The position numbers and the translations under genes were made by a program. A DNA stretch of 64,000 bases from Bacteroidota bacterium. Lineage in GTDB: Bacteria; Bacteroidota; Bacteroidia; 2-12-FULL-35-15. The stretch covers positions 769,952-833,951 of the forward strand of contig JAOQAE010000006.1 of assembly GCA_025963725.1 (NCBI GenBank), given 5' to 3'. The stretch's first letter is position 1; each line of letters opens with the position of its first letter. Of the stretch, positions 20,440 to 29,314 are shown piece after piece. The notes under the pieces are model-generated. The model was not told where the DNA came from. It saw nothing but the letters and a program-made list of their open reading frames with translations, and did no database searches.

Positions 20440-20853
20440 ATGAGCGCGACCAAAGCATTCTTTTTAGTGATCTTTTTCTGTTCCTTTTCCTTGTTCCTGA
20501 GGTCGCAAACAGCTGTTGCCGACACCGGGAAAATAGAGCTGGTGCAGGATTACAAGATCAAGGACCTTGTGGCGAAGCACGTGGAGCTGAATGCGAAGTC
20601 GAACCTGAAAGGCTACCGCCTCAAGATCCATTTCGGCTCTGATAAAACAAAGGCGCGTGAAATAAAGGCAAAATTCATTGCAAAATTTCCGAATGTTCCG
20701 GCGTACGAAAAATACGACCAGCCTAATTTTAATATCCGCGTCGGCGATTTCAGGACGAAGCTTGAAGCTTACAGGTTCTTAAAAGAGGTGCAGCCCGAAT
20801 TCCCTTCCGCATTCATTGTCCTGGACGAGATCGAGCTTCCGGAGATCCGCTGA
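20440..20853 (+). CDS. SPOR domain-containing protein
   Basis: GYRLKIHFG..PNFNIRVGDFRTKLEA..FPSAFIV; TATCTTTG promoter box at 20417-20424 favours ATG 20440. Confidence 0.88.
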   Translation: MSATKAFFLVIFFCSFSLFLRSQTAVADTGKIELVQDYKIKDLVAKHVELNAKSNLKGYRLKIHFGSDKTKAREIKAKFIAKFPNVPAYEKYDQPNFNIRVGDFRTKLEAYRFLKEVQPEFPSAFIVLDEIELPEIR

Positions 20854-20995
20854 TCCCCACCCTTTTCTCTTTCCAGAAGCCTTCTATTTCCCCAAAAAAA
20901 GTTTGCTCCTTCTTTTGGATTTTTCATTTTATATCCCCATATTAGCAGAATATTTAATTTCTCTAAACAAAATAATAAATTTTAATTGTTCCCCC

Positions 20996-22876
20996 ATGAA
21001 AAAAATACTACTACTTTGTGGCGTATTCTCATCTGCAATGCTTGCCGCCCAGACTGCGGCCAACAGCGCATCTGAGGTGCTTTACCCGGTTGATTTTCAC
21101 ATTTCAAGACCATTGAGCGAATTACCTGATTTCGAGGAAACGGAAAATCTGTATGAAAAGGAAGAAACCAAGGACCGTGAGCACCGCCCCACTCCTAATT
21201 TTGATTTCACCTATGAAAAAGACGGCGCTGCTTACGGCAATGACGCATCTTCGATCCAGAGCAAACAGGGCGACCGTTCACCGGCTACTCCTATAGCTTC
21301 TTTTGCCGGACAGAGCGGCGGGGGATATCCTCCTGATCCAAGCGGTGCTGCAGGCCCTAACCATTATGTCCAGGCTGTAAATGCAACGCCTTTTAAAGTG
21401 TTCAACAAAACTACAGGCACTACACTGATGTCGCCTAAGAATATCGGTACATTATGGTCGCCGGCAACAGGTAACCTCGGCGATCCTATCGTTATGTACG
21501 ACAGGTATGCTGACCGCTGGTTCCTTGCACAGTTCGGACAGTCGGGATCAACCAACTATGTTTACATAGCGATCTCCACAACACCGGATCCGACAGGCAC
21601 GTATTACACATACACCTATACTTCCGCGAGCTTCCCGGATTACCTGAAATTCTCGATCTGGGGCGATGGCTATTACATGACCTCTAACCAGGGCGGACGC
21701 CTATATGTTTTTGAAAGGACCAAAATGCTGGCAGGGATCTCTACTGCACGCTCCGTAACGGCAACATTCAGTGTTGGCGGAACTTCCGGCTTCTGGTGCC
21801 CGCTTGCTGCGGATGCTGACGGCGGATTACCTCCTGCTGCAACACCATGCCCGTTCTTCTGGTTTACCGATAACTCCTGGTCAGGAGCTGTTGATGGTGT
21901 TAAATATTGCAAGGCTACTGTAAACTGGACGCCTGCTACTCCAACGTTATCAATTACACCGGCTACACAGATCACTACCGCTGCATTTAACGGAACCTAT
22001 AACTCAAGCTGGGACGACGTTCCTCAGCCTTCTACCACAGCCATGCTGGATGGTATCGGCGGAGTTGCGACCTACCGCGCACAGTACAGGAGATGGACCG
22101 GCTACAACACTATTTTACTGAACTGGGGAGTGCTCATTTCAGCAACACCACGCCAAAGAGCGATCAAATGGGTGGAATTGCGTGAAAACACGGCAACTCC
22201 GGGTGTATGGACATTGTACCAGGAAGGCACTTACCAGCCGGATACAAAAACGCGCTGGGTAGGAAGTATGGCGATGGATGACAATGGCGCGATCGCGCTT
22301 TGCTATGCACGCTCTGCATCAACCACTTCTGCTACCGACATCGGTTACCCGAGCTTATGCTACACAGGAAGATGTGCTTCCGACCCGCTGGGACAAATGA
22401 CCATGACTGAAACATTAGTGAAAGCAGGTACTGCATCCCAGACCACTGTGAACCGTTTCGGAGATTATTCGCAAACTGCGCTTGATCCTGACGGATTAAC
22501 ATTCTGGCATACCTGCGAATACATCGGCGGATCAGGAACTTCCGGTTCACCGAGAACATGGATCTACTCTTTCCGTTTGCCAACCTGCGCTACAGGAATT
22601 GCAGAAGAAGCAAGCCATATGAACACGGTAACAGCATTCCAGTCGAACAATGAGATCAACGTAAAGGGCGAGAACCTGAATGTTGAAGGCGAGCTGGTTG
22701 TTGACCTGTTTGACGTTACAGGAAAACAGATCACCGGCAAGCAGGTGATGACAAACGGAACTTCCGTTGAAACTTCCTTTAACATTGATAATTTAGCAAG
22801 CGGAACTTACCTGGTAAGGGTTGGTAAAGTAAACACCAGCTTCCAGCGTGTTGTTAAATTAGTAGTTACCAAATAA
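20996..22876 (+). CDS. T9SS-secreted protein of unknown function
   Basis: Signal peptide MKKILLL at 20996; PPDPSGAAGPNHYVQAVN motif; C-terminal LASGTYLVRV..KLVVTK CTD. Confidence 0.8.
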   Translation: MKKILLLCGVFSSAMLAAQTAANSASEVLYPVDFHISRPLSELPDFEETENLYEKEETKDREHRPTPNFDFTYEKDGAAYGNDASSIQSKQGDRSPATPIASFAGQSGGGYPPDPSGAAGPNHYVQAVNATPFKVFNKTTGTTLMSPKNIGTLWSPATGNLGDPIVMYDRYADRWFLAQFGQSGSTNYVYIAISTTPDPTGTYYTYTYTSASFPDYLKFSIWGDGYYMTSNQGGRLYVFERTKMLAGISTARSVTATFSVGGTSGFWCPLAADADGGLPPAATPCPFFWFTDNSWSGAVDGVKYCKATVNWTPATPTLSITPATQITTAAFNGTYNSSWDDVPQPSTTAMLDGIGGVATYRAQYRRWTGYNTILLNWGVLISATPRQRAIKWVELRENTATPGVWTLYQEGTYQPDTKTRWVGSMAMDDNGAIALCYARSASTTSATDIGYPSLCYTGRCASDPLGQMTMTETLVKAGTASQTTVNRFGDYSQTALDPDGLTFWHTCEYIGGSGTSGSPRTWIYSFRLPTCATGIAEEASHMNTVTAFQSNNEINVKGENLNVEGELVVDLFDVTGKQITGKQVMTNGTSVETSFNIDNLASGTYLVRVGKVNTSFQRVVKLVVTK

Positions 22877-22894
22877 ATAAAAGTATTATATACC

Positions 22895-22943
22895 AAAGCG
22901 CCCATGCGGTTCATTCGTGGAATGAAATATGCATGGGTGCTTT
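22895..22943 (+). terminator. Long hairpin / probable terminator
   Basis: aaagcgcccatgc...gcatgggtgcttt inverted repeat after the stop codon. Confidence 0.55.
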
Positions 22944-22965
22944 GATTTTTTAAAAACCCCCTTCT

Positions 22966-23406
22966 ATGAAAAAGTACATTGTTCTGCTGTTGGTGACCGC
23001 TATGGCGGCCACGGCTTGTAAATCAAAAAAGAACGCTCCAACGGCATCTTCGGCATCTACATCAACACCTTCCACTGCTCCGGCAGCATCTTCTTCTTCA
23101 CCCTCCTCATCTTCATCTTCAACAACCCCGTCGTCTTCCGAAACAGGCGCAGCATCCATGACAGCAGCTACAGGAAATACAACAGGAAAAGTATCGCATA
23201 AGTACCGCGCGTCGGGATGTTCAACGGTGATCGTATTTATGAAGGATGGCACTGAAATGACGCTGATCCCAAAGGACAAGCTCGCAAGCGAATATGATGT
23301 TGACGGACTGGAGATCGCATTTAACTATCACCCTTTGAAAATGCCGAACCCTGCAGGATGCACGGTTGGCATGCCGGCTGAGATCACGGACCTTTCGAAA
23401 AAATAG
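22966..23406 (+). CDS. Lipoprotein with Ser/Thr-rich linker and small two-Cys domain
   Basis: Lipobox ATAC; poly-Ser linker; SGC...GCTVG domain. Confidence 0.7.
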   Translation: MKKYIVLLLVTAMAATACKSKKNAPTASSASTSTPSTAPAASSSSPSSSSSSTTPSSSETGAASMTAATGNTTGKVSHKYRASGCSTVIVFMKDGTEMTLIPKDKLASEYDVDGLEIAFNYHPLKMPNPAGCTVGMPAEITDLSKK

Positions 23407-23411
23407 CAAGT

Positions 23412-23450
23412 AACAAAAATCCCAACGTGTTATCGTTGGGATTTTTTGTT
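23412..23450. terminator. Bidirectional intrinsic terminator
   Basis: aacaaaaatcccaacg-tgttat-cgttgggattttttgtt between convergent genes. Confidence 0.8.
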
Positions 23451-23485
23451 GCCAGCAGTGTTTTTTTCTGTCATCCTATCCTCTG

Positions 23486-26400
23486 CTATTGCTGCGTTAA
23501 AAGTGTAACATGCCCGGTGAAATCGTGGTAGCGCTGCTCAAAGTCACGCACGGTGATCTTATAAACATACACGCCTGATTCAGCCGTTCTGCTGCCATTG
23601 TTCGCTTTACCATCCCAGCCGGTCTGTATGTCTTCCGTCTGGTAGATCATTTCTCCCCACCTGTCGAAGATCATCATTTTAAACTCGGAGATCTCTGAGC
23701 CTTTGGCTGTGAAATAATCGTTGGTGCTATTTCCGTCGGGCGTGAATGCATTCGGAATATATATAGTGAACACAGGGCGCACCTCGATCTTACGAACGAT
23801 GGTATCCATACAGCCCGCGATGCTGGAGGTATACAGCTTCACTTCGTATTCGCCTTTATCCGCGTAAGTATGCTGCGGATCAGCGAGCGTTGATGTGCCG
23901 CCATCACCGAATTCCCATGCGTAGGAAACAGCATTCTGTGATTGATTATAGAACTTATAGATCGGGCTGATGGTTGTTCCATCTATTCCTTCCGAGCTGA
24001 AATCCGCGATCGATCCCTGGTTCACCGTAATGTTGCAGGTGGTGGATGCAGTGTTCACACATCCGAAAGGAGATGTTACCGTGAGCGATACATTGTACAG
24101 GCCGGTGCTTCCATAAGTGTGTACCGGATGCTCGAGCGCCGATGCATATCCATCGCCAAAATTCCAGTTGAACTGTGACGCGCTGTTCGCTCCTGAATTT
24201 TCAGCGAATGCAGCGTTGACTTCATTACATGCAACAAGTGTTTGCGGCGAAAGGTCTACCGTTGGAAGCGGGTTAACGGTTACCGGAACAGAGCCTGTAA
24301 CGCTGTTTCCGCAGGCATCGGTAACTGTAACCGTATAGGTTGTTGTGGCAGGAGGTGAAACAGTGAACGGGCCGTTTCCTGTACCCAATCCGGCACTCCA
24401 GTTAACTGTTACCGGGCCGGTGCTTCCGCTCACCACAGAAGAAATCGTTGCGCTGCTTCCATAGCAGATCGCGGAAGCGCCACTTACCGTTAAGTTTGCC
24501 GCTGTTAATGATGTAACGTTTACCGACACTGTTGACACAGGGCTGATGCAACCGTTCGCATCCATCGCGGTAACGCTGTACGTAGAAGGCGATACAGGAC
24601 TTACCGTTTGGCTTGCACCCGATCCAATGCCGCTCCAGTTATAGGTATATGCACCGGTACCGCCCGAAGCTGCTGCAGTGATGCCGGTATTTTGTCCGAG
24701 GCAAATAGTTGTGGAGCCCGATGCGTTTACCGTTAAAGGCGCAGGCTGCGTAACTGCAAGGCTCGAAGCCAGCATACATCCGTTGCCATCGGTTACGGTG
24801 ATCGAATATGTTCCCGGGCATAATCCGGTGGCACTCGCGCTGGTTCCGCCTGTAGGCATCCACTGGTACGAATAGCCGGGGGTTCCGCCCGAAGGGATCA
24901 CCACCGTTTGTCCGTTGCAGGCGCCGTTACAGGTTACGGGATATGCGGCAGATGCGATTGCTAATGCCGGCGGCTCTGTAATAGTAATGTATGAATTGGC
25001 AATGCAGTTATTCGCATCGCTTACGGTCACGAAATAATTTCCGGGAGCAAGTCCGCTTACGGATTGCGTGTATTGTGCGGGGCTTGTGCTCCACATGTAG
25101 CTGTATGTCCCTGTACCGCCTGATGCGCCTACGGTTGCATAGCCATCCGCAAGGCCGTTACAGGTCACGTTGCTTACCACCATACCGTTTGCGGTAAGCG
25201 CAGGAGGCTCTGCAATTGTTATGTTCGCGGTGGTGCTGCAGCCATTGGCATCGGTGATGAGCGCCGAATAATTACCGGCTGCAAGGTTGGTGGCTGTGGC
25301 TGTAGTCTGCACCGGGCTTGTATTCCAGCTGTAGGCATAAGCTCCGGTTCCGCCCGAAGGTGTTACTGTTGCAGAGCCGTTGCTGCTGCCGGAGCAGGTA
25401 ACATTGGTTTGAGATGAGGTATAGCCCACAGGAGCAACAGGCTGTGAAATGACCACAGCGCCGTTGGTGGTGCAGCCGTTCGCAGTGGTGACTGTTACAC
25501 TGTATGTTCCAGGTGCGAGTCCGCTTATGGCCGACGTGGTGGCGCCATTCGACCACAGGAACGTATAGGGTGGCTGTCCGCCGCTCACATTCGCAGTTGC
25601 AGCGCCATTCGCAGCGCCATAGCAGGAAACGCCGGTGGAGTTGATCACGAGGTTAGCGGGTGTTGCACCATTTGAAACCACAGCAGTGGCAGAGCTTGTA
25701 CAGCCTCCGCTGCCTGTTACATTCACGGTGTAGGTCCCGGCAGAAAGCCCGTTCTGGTCATAATTAGTGCCGCCACCGATCCATTGATACGCGTACGGCC
25801 CTGTTCCGGCAAGCACCTGCACTTCGGCAGTACCGTTGGAAGCGCCGCAATTGGCAGGGGTTGTGGAGGTAGTGAGCGTTAAGCCCGATACGGTGATGCA
25901 GAAGGAGAATGTCTGGCTGCCGTTATACGGGCAGTTATCATCCTGCACTGTTACGGTAAAGCAATGAGAAGCAGTGCTGATGTCGGCAGCAGTTGGTGTC
26001 CAGCTGAATGTGCCTGTAGGGCGAAATCCTGCAGAAGCGCTGAATGAAGCGCCTGAAATTCCGCTGTTCCAGTTGATGGAAACATTCTGAGCAGAGTCTA
26101 TATCATAGGTTGAGATCACAAAGTTAAGGGGCACGCCGGCGCAGGCCGTGAGTGAATAAGTCCCGGTATTATTGATCCCGTTCACATACGGGTTGTTATT
26201 GGTGCAGCTCATGGTGCGCAGCTGGATGTCGCGCATTACGCTGCCTACGAGCACTTCGCTTCTCCATTCCTGCACAAGCACTGCAAACACGGTTACTTCG
26301 ATCATGGTTGGCGACATGCACATATCGCCGGAAGCACTATTGAATGTTACTGCAGGGGATGATACAAGCGGCTGTGAAGCCGAGTATGGCGGGTTATACG

Positions 26401-27046
26401 TTACGGTGGTTGTTGCGCTTGTCCTTGGCGCGATGAGCGTATAGGACAGGGAATCGCCGTCGATATCGGACGAGCCGTTATTGAAGCAATAGGGTTGTCC
26501 CACGCAAACAAAGGGGATCGGGGGATTAGAGAATGTAGGTGAGCTGTTGCATGGAAAATCCAGGTTGTTCAGCAATGCTTCCACATAAATGTTTTCCGCA
26601 GAGGGATTCACAATTGTGTTGATGGACGCATTCCTGCAGCAGAGGCTGAAGCTGAATGTCCAGTCGGTGCAGGCCATCGGCAAGGTAATGACGCCGCTGT
26701 ATTTATATTCCTGCACTCCGGGATATGCTCCGCCCGAACATTGTGTGTTCATGGAGGCACAGATAGGTGAAACTTCTATCCCGGTGCCCGGTAGCTGGTT
26801 TAATGTAAGTGTTAAATTTTGTCCGCACGATGCGGAAGAAATATTTATCGTGGCTGTAGTTGGAGCTGCTACTCCCGCGCAGTCGCGGTAAAAGGAGAGA
26901 GAGATCTTGTATTGGTTTCCGCCGAGGCACTGGTAGGTAATATCAGCGCTTTGGGCGTGTGATGCAAATGCTTCATTCTGTGACTGAATGAACATTACAA
27001 TGAAACTGATCCAAAAGAAAACCCTGTGAGTAAGTTGTGTATTCAT
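23486..27046 (-). CDS. T9SS type B (gliding-motility-associated C-terminal domain) adhesin-like protein with SprB repeats and PKD domains
   Basis: GGT.PY.Y.W and TDANGC SprB-type repeats; WNFGDG PKD motifs; IPNAFTPDGN..IFDRWGE..GWDG CTD. Confidence 0.9.
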   Translation of the reverse strand: MNTQLTHRVFFWISFIVMFIQSQNEAFASHAQSADITYQCLGGNQYKISLSFYRDCAGVAAPTTATINISSASCGQNLTLTLNQLPGTGIEVSPICASMNTQCSGGAYPGVQEYKYSGVITLPMACTDWTFSFSLCCRNASINTIVNPSAENIYVEALLNNLDFPCNSSPTFSNPPIPFVCVGQPYCFNNGSSDIDGDSLSYTLIAPRTSATTTVTYNPPYSASQPLVSSPAVTFNSASGDMCMSPTMIEVTVFAVLVQEWRSEVLVGSVMRDIQLRTMSCTNNNPYVNGINNTGTYSLTACAGVPLNFVISTYDIDSAQNVSINWNSGISGASFSASAGFRPTGTFSWTPTAADISTASHCFTVTVQDDNCPYNGSQTFSFCITVSGLTLTTSTTPANCGASNGTAEVQVLAGTGPYAYQWIGGGTNYDQNGLSAGTYTVNVTGSGGCTSSATAVVSNGATPANLVINSTGVSCYGAANGAATANVSGGQPPYTFLWSNGATTSAISGLAPGTYSVTVTTANGCTTNGAVVISQPVAPVGYTSSQTNVTCSGSSNGSATVTPSGGTGAYAYSWNTSPVQTTATATNLAAGNYSALITDANGCSTTANITIAEPPALTANGMVVSNVTCNGLADGYATVGASGGTGTYSYMWSTSPAQYTQSVSGLAPGNYFVTVSDANNCIANSYITITEPPALAIASAAYPVTCNGACNGQTVVIPSGGTPGYSYQWMPTGGTSASATGLCPGTYSITVTDGNGCMLASSLAVTQPAPLTVNASGSTTICLGQNTGITAAASGGTGAYTYNWSGIGSGASQTVSPVSPSTYSVTAMDANGCISPVSTVSVNVTSLTAANLTVSGASAICYGSSATISSVVSGSTGPVTVNWSAGLGTGNGPFTVSPPATTTYTVTVTDACGNSVTGSVPVTVNPLPTVDLSPQTLVACNEVNAAFAENSGANSASQFNWNFGDGYASALEHPVHTYGSTGLYNVSLTVTSPFGCVNTASTTCNITVNQGSIADFSSEGIDGTTISPIYKFYNQSQNAVSYAWEFGDGGTSTLADPQHTYADKGEYEVKLYTSSIAGCMDTIVRKIEVRPVFTIYIPNAFTPDGNSTNDYFTAKGSEISEFKMMIFDRWGEMIYQTEDIQTGWDGKANNGSRTAESGVYVYKITVRDFEQRYHDFTGHVTLLTQQ

Positions 27047-27221
27047 AACAACCTCCGTTTCTAAAATCGTTAAACAATAAATTAAGAACTACTCTCTTAA
27101 ACGCCCCCTAAAATAAAGGGTTACAGAAATGATGGTAAAAAAGATGGAATTATTTTTTGTGTAGATGGGATTCTACAGGGCGAGGATTGTGATGGTGGAG
27201 TATATATAAAGTATGACTGCG

Positions 27222-29306
27222 TCAGATCCTCAGGCCGATAATAACCACATCATCTACCTGCTCGAGATCACCTTTCCACTGATCGAAGCGGGTTTCAATA
27301 ACATTGCGCTGCTCCTGCACAGGCAGCGTGGAAATAGACACGAGCAATTCTTTCAGCTGGTTGTATTTGAATTTTTTTCCTTTGGGGCCACCGAACTGAT
27401 CGGCATAGCCATCGCTGTAGAGATACACGCAATCGCCTTTTTTCAGCTGGATGGTGTGATTTGTATAGTTATCTACCTTGCCGCCGATGTTCACTCCTAT
27501 CGGGAACTTATCGGCTTTGATCTCATTGAGAATACCATTGCTTACATAATACAATGAATTGAAAGCGCCTGCATATTCGAGCTCCAGCGTTTTTTTATTG
27601 AGCGAGCAAAGGGAAAGGTCCATTCCGTCCTTCACGCCTTTTCCTTCTTCCGACTGCCGGAGTGTTTTTGTTACGCCTGCATCGAGGTGCCTTAAAATAT
27701 CGGAAGGCTTCAGGAGGTTCACTTCGTTGATGGCCTGTGTGAGCAGGTTAAAGCCTACAACGCTCATCAGCGCGCCCGGAACGCCATGCCCGGTACAATC
27801 CACAGCAGCGAAGCATACCACATCGCCTTTTTGTTCGATCCAGTAAAAATCGCCGCTTACAATATCTTTCGGCCGGTAAAAGATAAAGCTGTCGGGAAGC
27901 ATCCTGTGCCATGCCTCTGCCGGCGGCAGGATCGATTCCTGGATCCGCTTTGCATAATTAATGCTATCGGTGATCTCCTTCTTCTGCAATGTGATCTCCG
28001 AATTTCTGTGCTCAAGCAGCTGGTTGGCGCGCTGCTTCAGCTTGTAACGGTTATAGAATAATGCTGCAAGAACGATCACCAGCAGGATCACAACCAGCAG
28101 CACGATCATCCACAATTTATTTTTATTCAGCTCCAGCGCCTGGATCTGGCTATCCTTGGTGAGCAGCTCGATCTCCTTTTGCTTTTTTTCGCTTTCATAT
28201 TTTGTTTGCATCTCTGCCATTTCCTTGGCGCTGCCTTCCTTAAAAAGACTGTCTTTTATTTCGCCATACAGCTGCTGGTATTTAAAGGCCTGCCTGTAAT
28301 CGTTCTGGTCGGCGTACACTTTCGCCATGGTGCCGTACACCGCCTTCATGCCTTCCTTCCTGTTGCTTGCCTTACAGATCTCAAGGGCTTTCCCGAGGTA
28401 TTCCATTGCCTCCGCTTTCCTGTTGAGATACAGCAATGAGCCTGCAAGGTTGATGTAGCAGGTGGAGATGCTGCTGTTATCCCTGATCCGCTTTTTTACT
28501 TCCAGCGCCTTAAAGGTATACTCCATCGCCTTCTCATATTTTTTTAGCTTATCGTAGATCATCCCGATATTCATATTGCAGGTGGAAGCACCGGCCTCAT
28601 CATGCAGGGAATCATAAATAGCCAGGGACCTTTCATACTGACGCAGCGCCATAGAATCGTTCTGCTTATCCCAGTATGCATTTCCGATATTGATATAGCT
28701 TGCCGCCACCCCGGCCCTGTTGTGCAGCTTATCCCAAATCTTTAATGCCTTGGTATGATAAAAAACGGTGAGCGCAAAATTACTTTGTGAATCGTAGATG
28801 TTGCCGATGGCGCTGTAGTTCTTTGCCATGCCTTCCTCATCCTTCAGCTCTTCCCTCAGCTTCAGCGAGCGGAACTGGTAGCTGAGCGCAACAGGCAGAT
28901 CGCCGGTAGCGCGGTAAATGAGCCCGATGTTACCGTAGCATTTTGCAGCGCCTGCCTTATCGTCGAGGCTTATGAAGATCGCGAGCGCTTTTTGGAATTC
29001 ATCGCGGGCTGCCATATAATCGCCGTGCTGCCAGAGGATGACACCGATATTGTTATGCGCGTTGGCAGCGCCTTTTTTAAAACTGATCTCTTCCGCAAGC
29101 TTCAATGCAGCACGCGCCATCTCTTCAGCTTTTTCAGGAGCCTTCTGCAAATACGCGCGGCTGAGGTCGTTCCGGAGGTTCACCTTCAGCGTATCGACCG
29201 TAGTTTCATTCAGCAGCTGCTCGAGTGAATCCGTTTTCTTTGGCTGCGCGATAACAAGCGTGTGCAGGAAAAAAAGGCTGATCTGTATAAAAATAATTTT
29301 TCGCAT
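27222..29306 (-). CDS. TPR-sensor membrane SpoIIE/PP2C phosphatase
   Basis: Signal peptide, TPR repeats, TM, then SGDFYW, DCTGHGVPGA, DGMD, SDGYADQFGG, EQVDD. Confidence 0.9.
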   Translation of the reverse strand: MRKIIFIQISLFFLHTLVIAQPKKTDSLEQLLNETTVDTLKVNLRNDLSRAYLQKAPEKAEEMARAALKLAEEISFKKGAANAHNNIGVILWQHGDYMAARDEFQKALAIFISLDDKAGAAKCYGNIGLIYRATGDLPVALSYQFRSLKLREELKDEEGMAKNYSAIGNIYDSQSNFALTVFYHTKALKIWDKLHNRAGVAASYINIGNAYWDKQNDSMALRQYERSLAIYDSLHDEAGASTCNMNIGMIYDKLKKYEKAMEYTFKALEVKKRIRDNSSISTCYINLAGSLLYLNRKAEAMEYLGKALEICKASNRKEGMKAVYGTMAKVYADQNDYRQAFKYQQLYGEIKDSLFKEGSAKEMAEMQTKYESEKKQKEIELLTKDSQIQALELNKNKLWMIVLLVVILLVIVLAALFYNRYKLKQRANQLLEHRNSEITLQKKEITDSINYAKRIQESILPPAEAWHRMLPDSFIFYRPKDIVSGDFYWIEQKGDVVCFAAVDCTGHGVPGALMSVVGFNLLTQAINEVNLLKPSDILRHLDAGVTKTLRQSEEGKGVKDGMDLSLCSLNKKTLELEYAGAFNSLYYVSNGILNEIKADKFPIGVNIGGKVDNYTNHTIQLKKGDCVYLYSDGYADQFGGPKGKKFKYNQLKELLVSISTLPVQEQRNVIETRFDQWKGDLEQVDDVVIIGLRI

Positions 29307-29314
29307 ATCCGTTT

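Noticed and set aside
20816-20995. 60-aa N-terminal extension of the T9SS protein in the ORF track
   Set aside because: Overlaps the SPOR gene and an AT-rich spacer; the signal peptide starts at ATG 20996
23040-23140. tcttct/tcatct-rich low-complexity tract
   Set aside because: Encodes the Ser-rich linker of a lipoprotein; not a separate repeat element
24200-25900. Periodic sequence in the large adhesin gene considered as CRISPR-like or DGR repeats
   Set aside because: These are degenerate protein-level SprB repeats; no identical DNA repeats with spacers, no cas or reverse transcriptase gene
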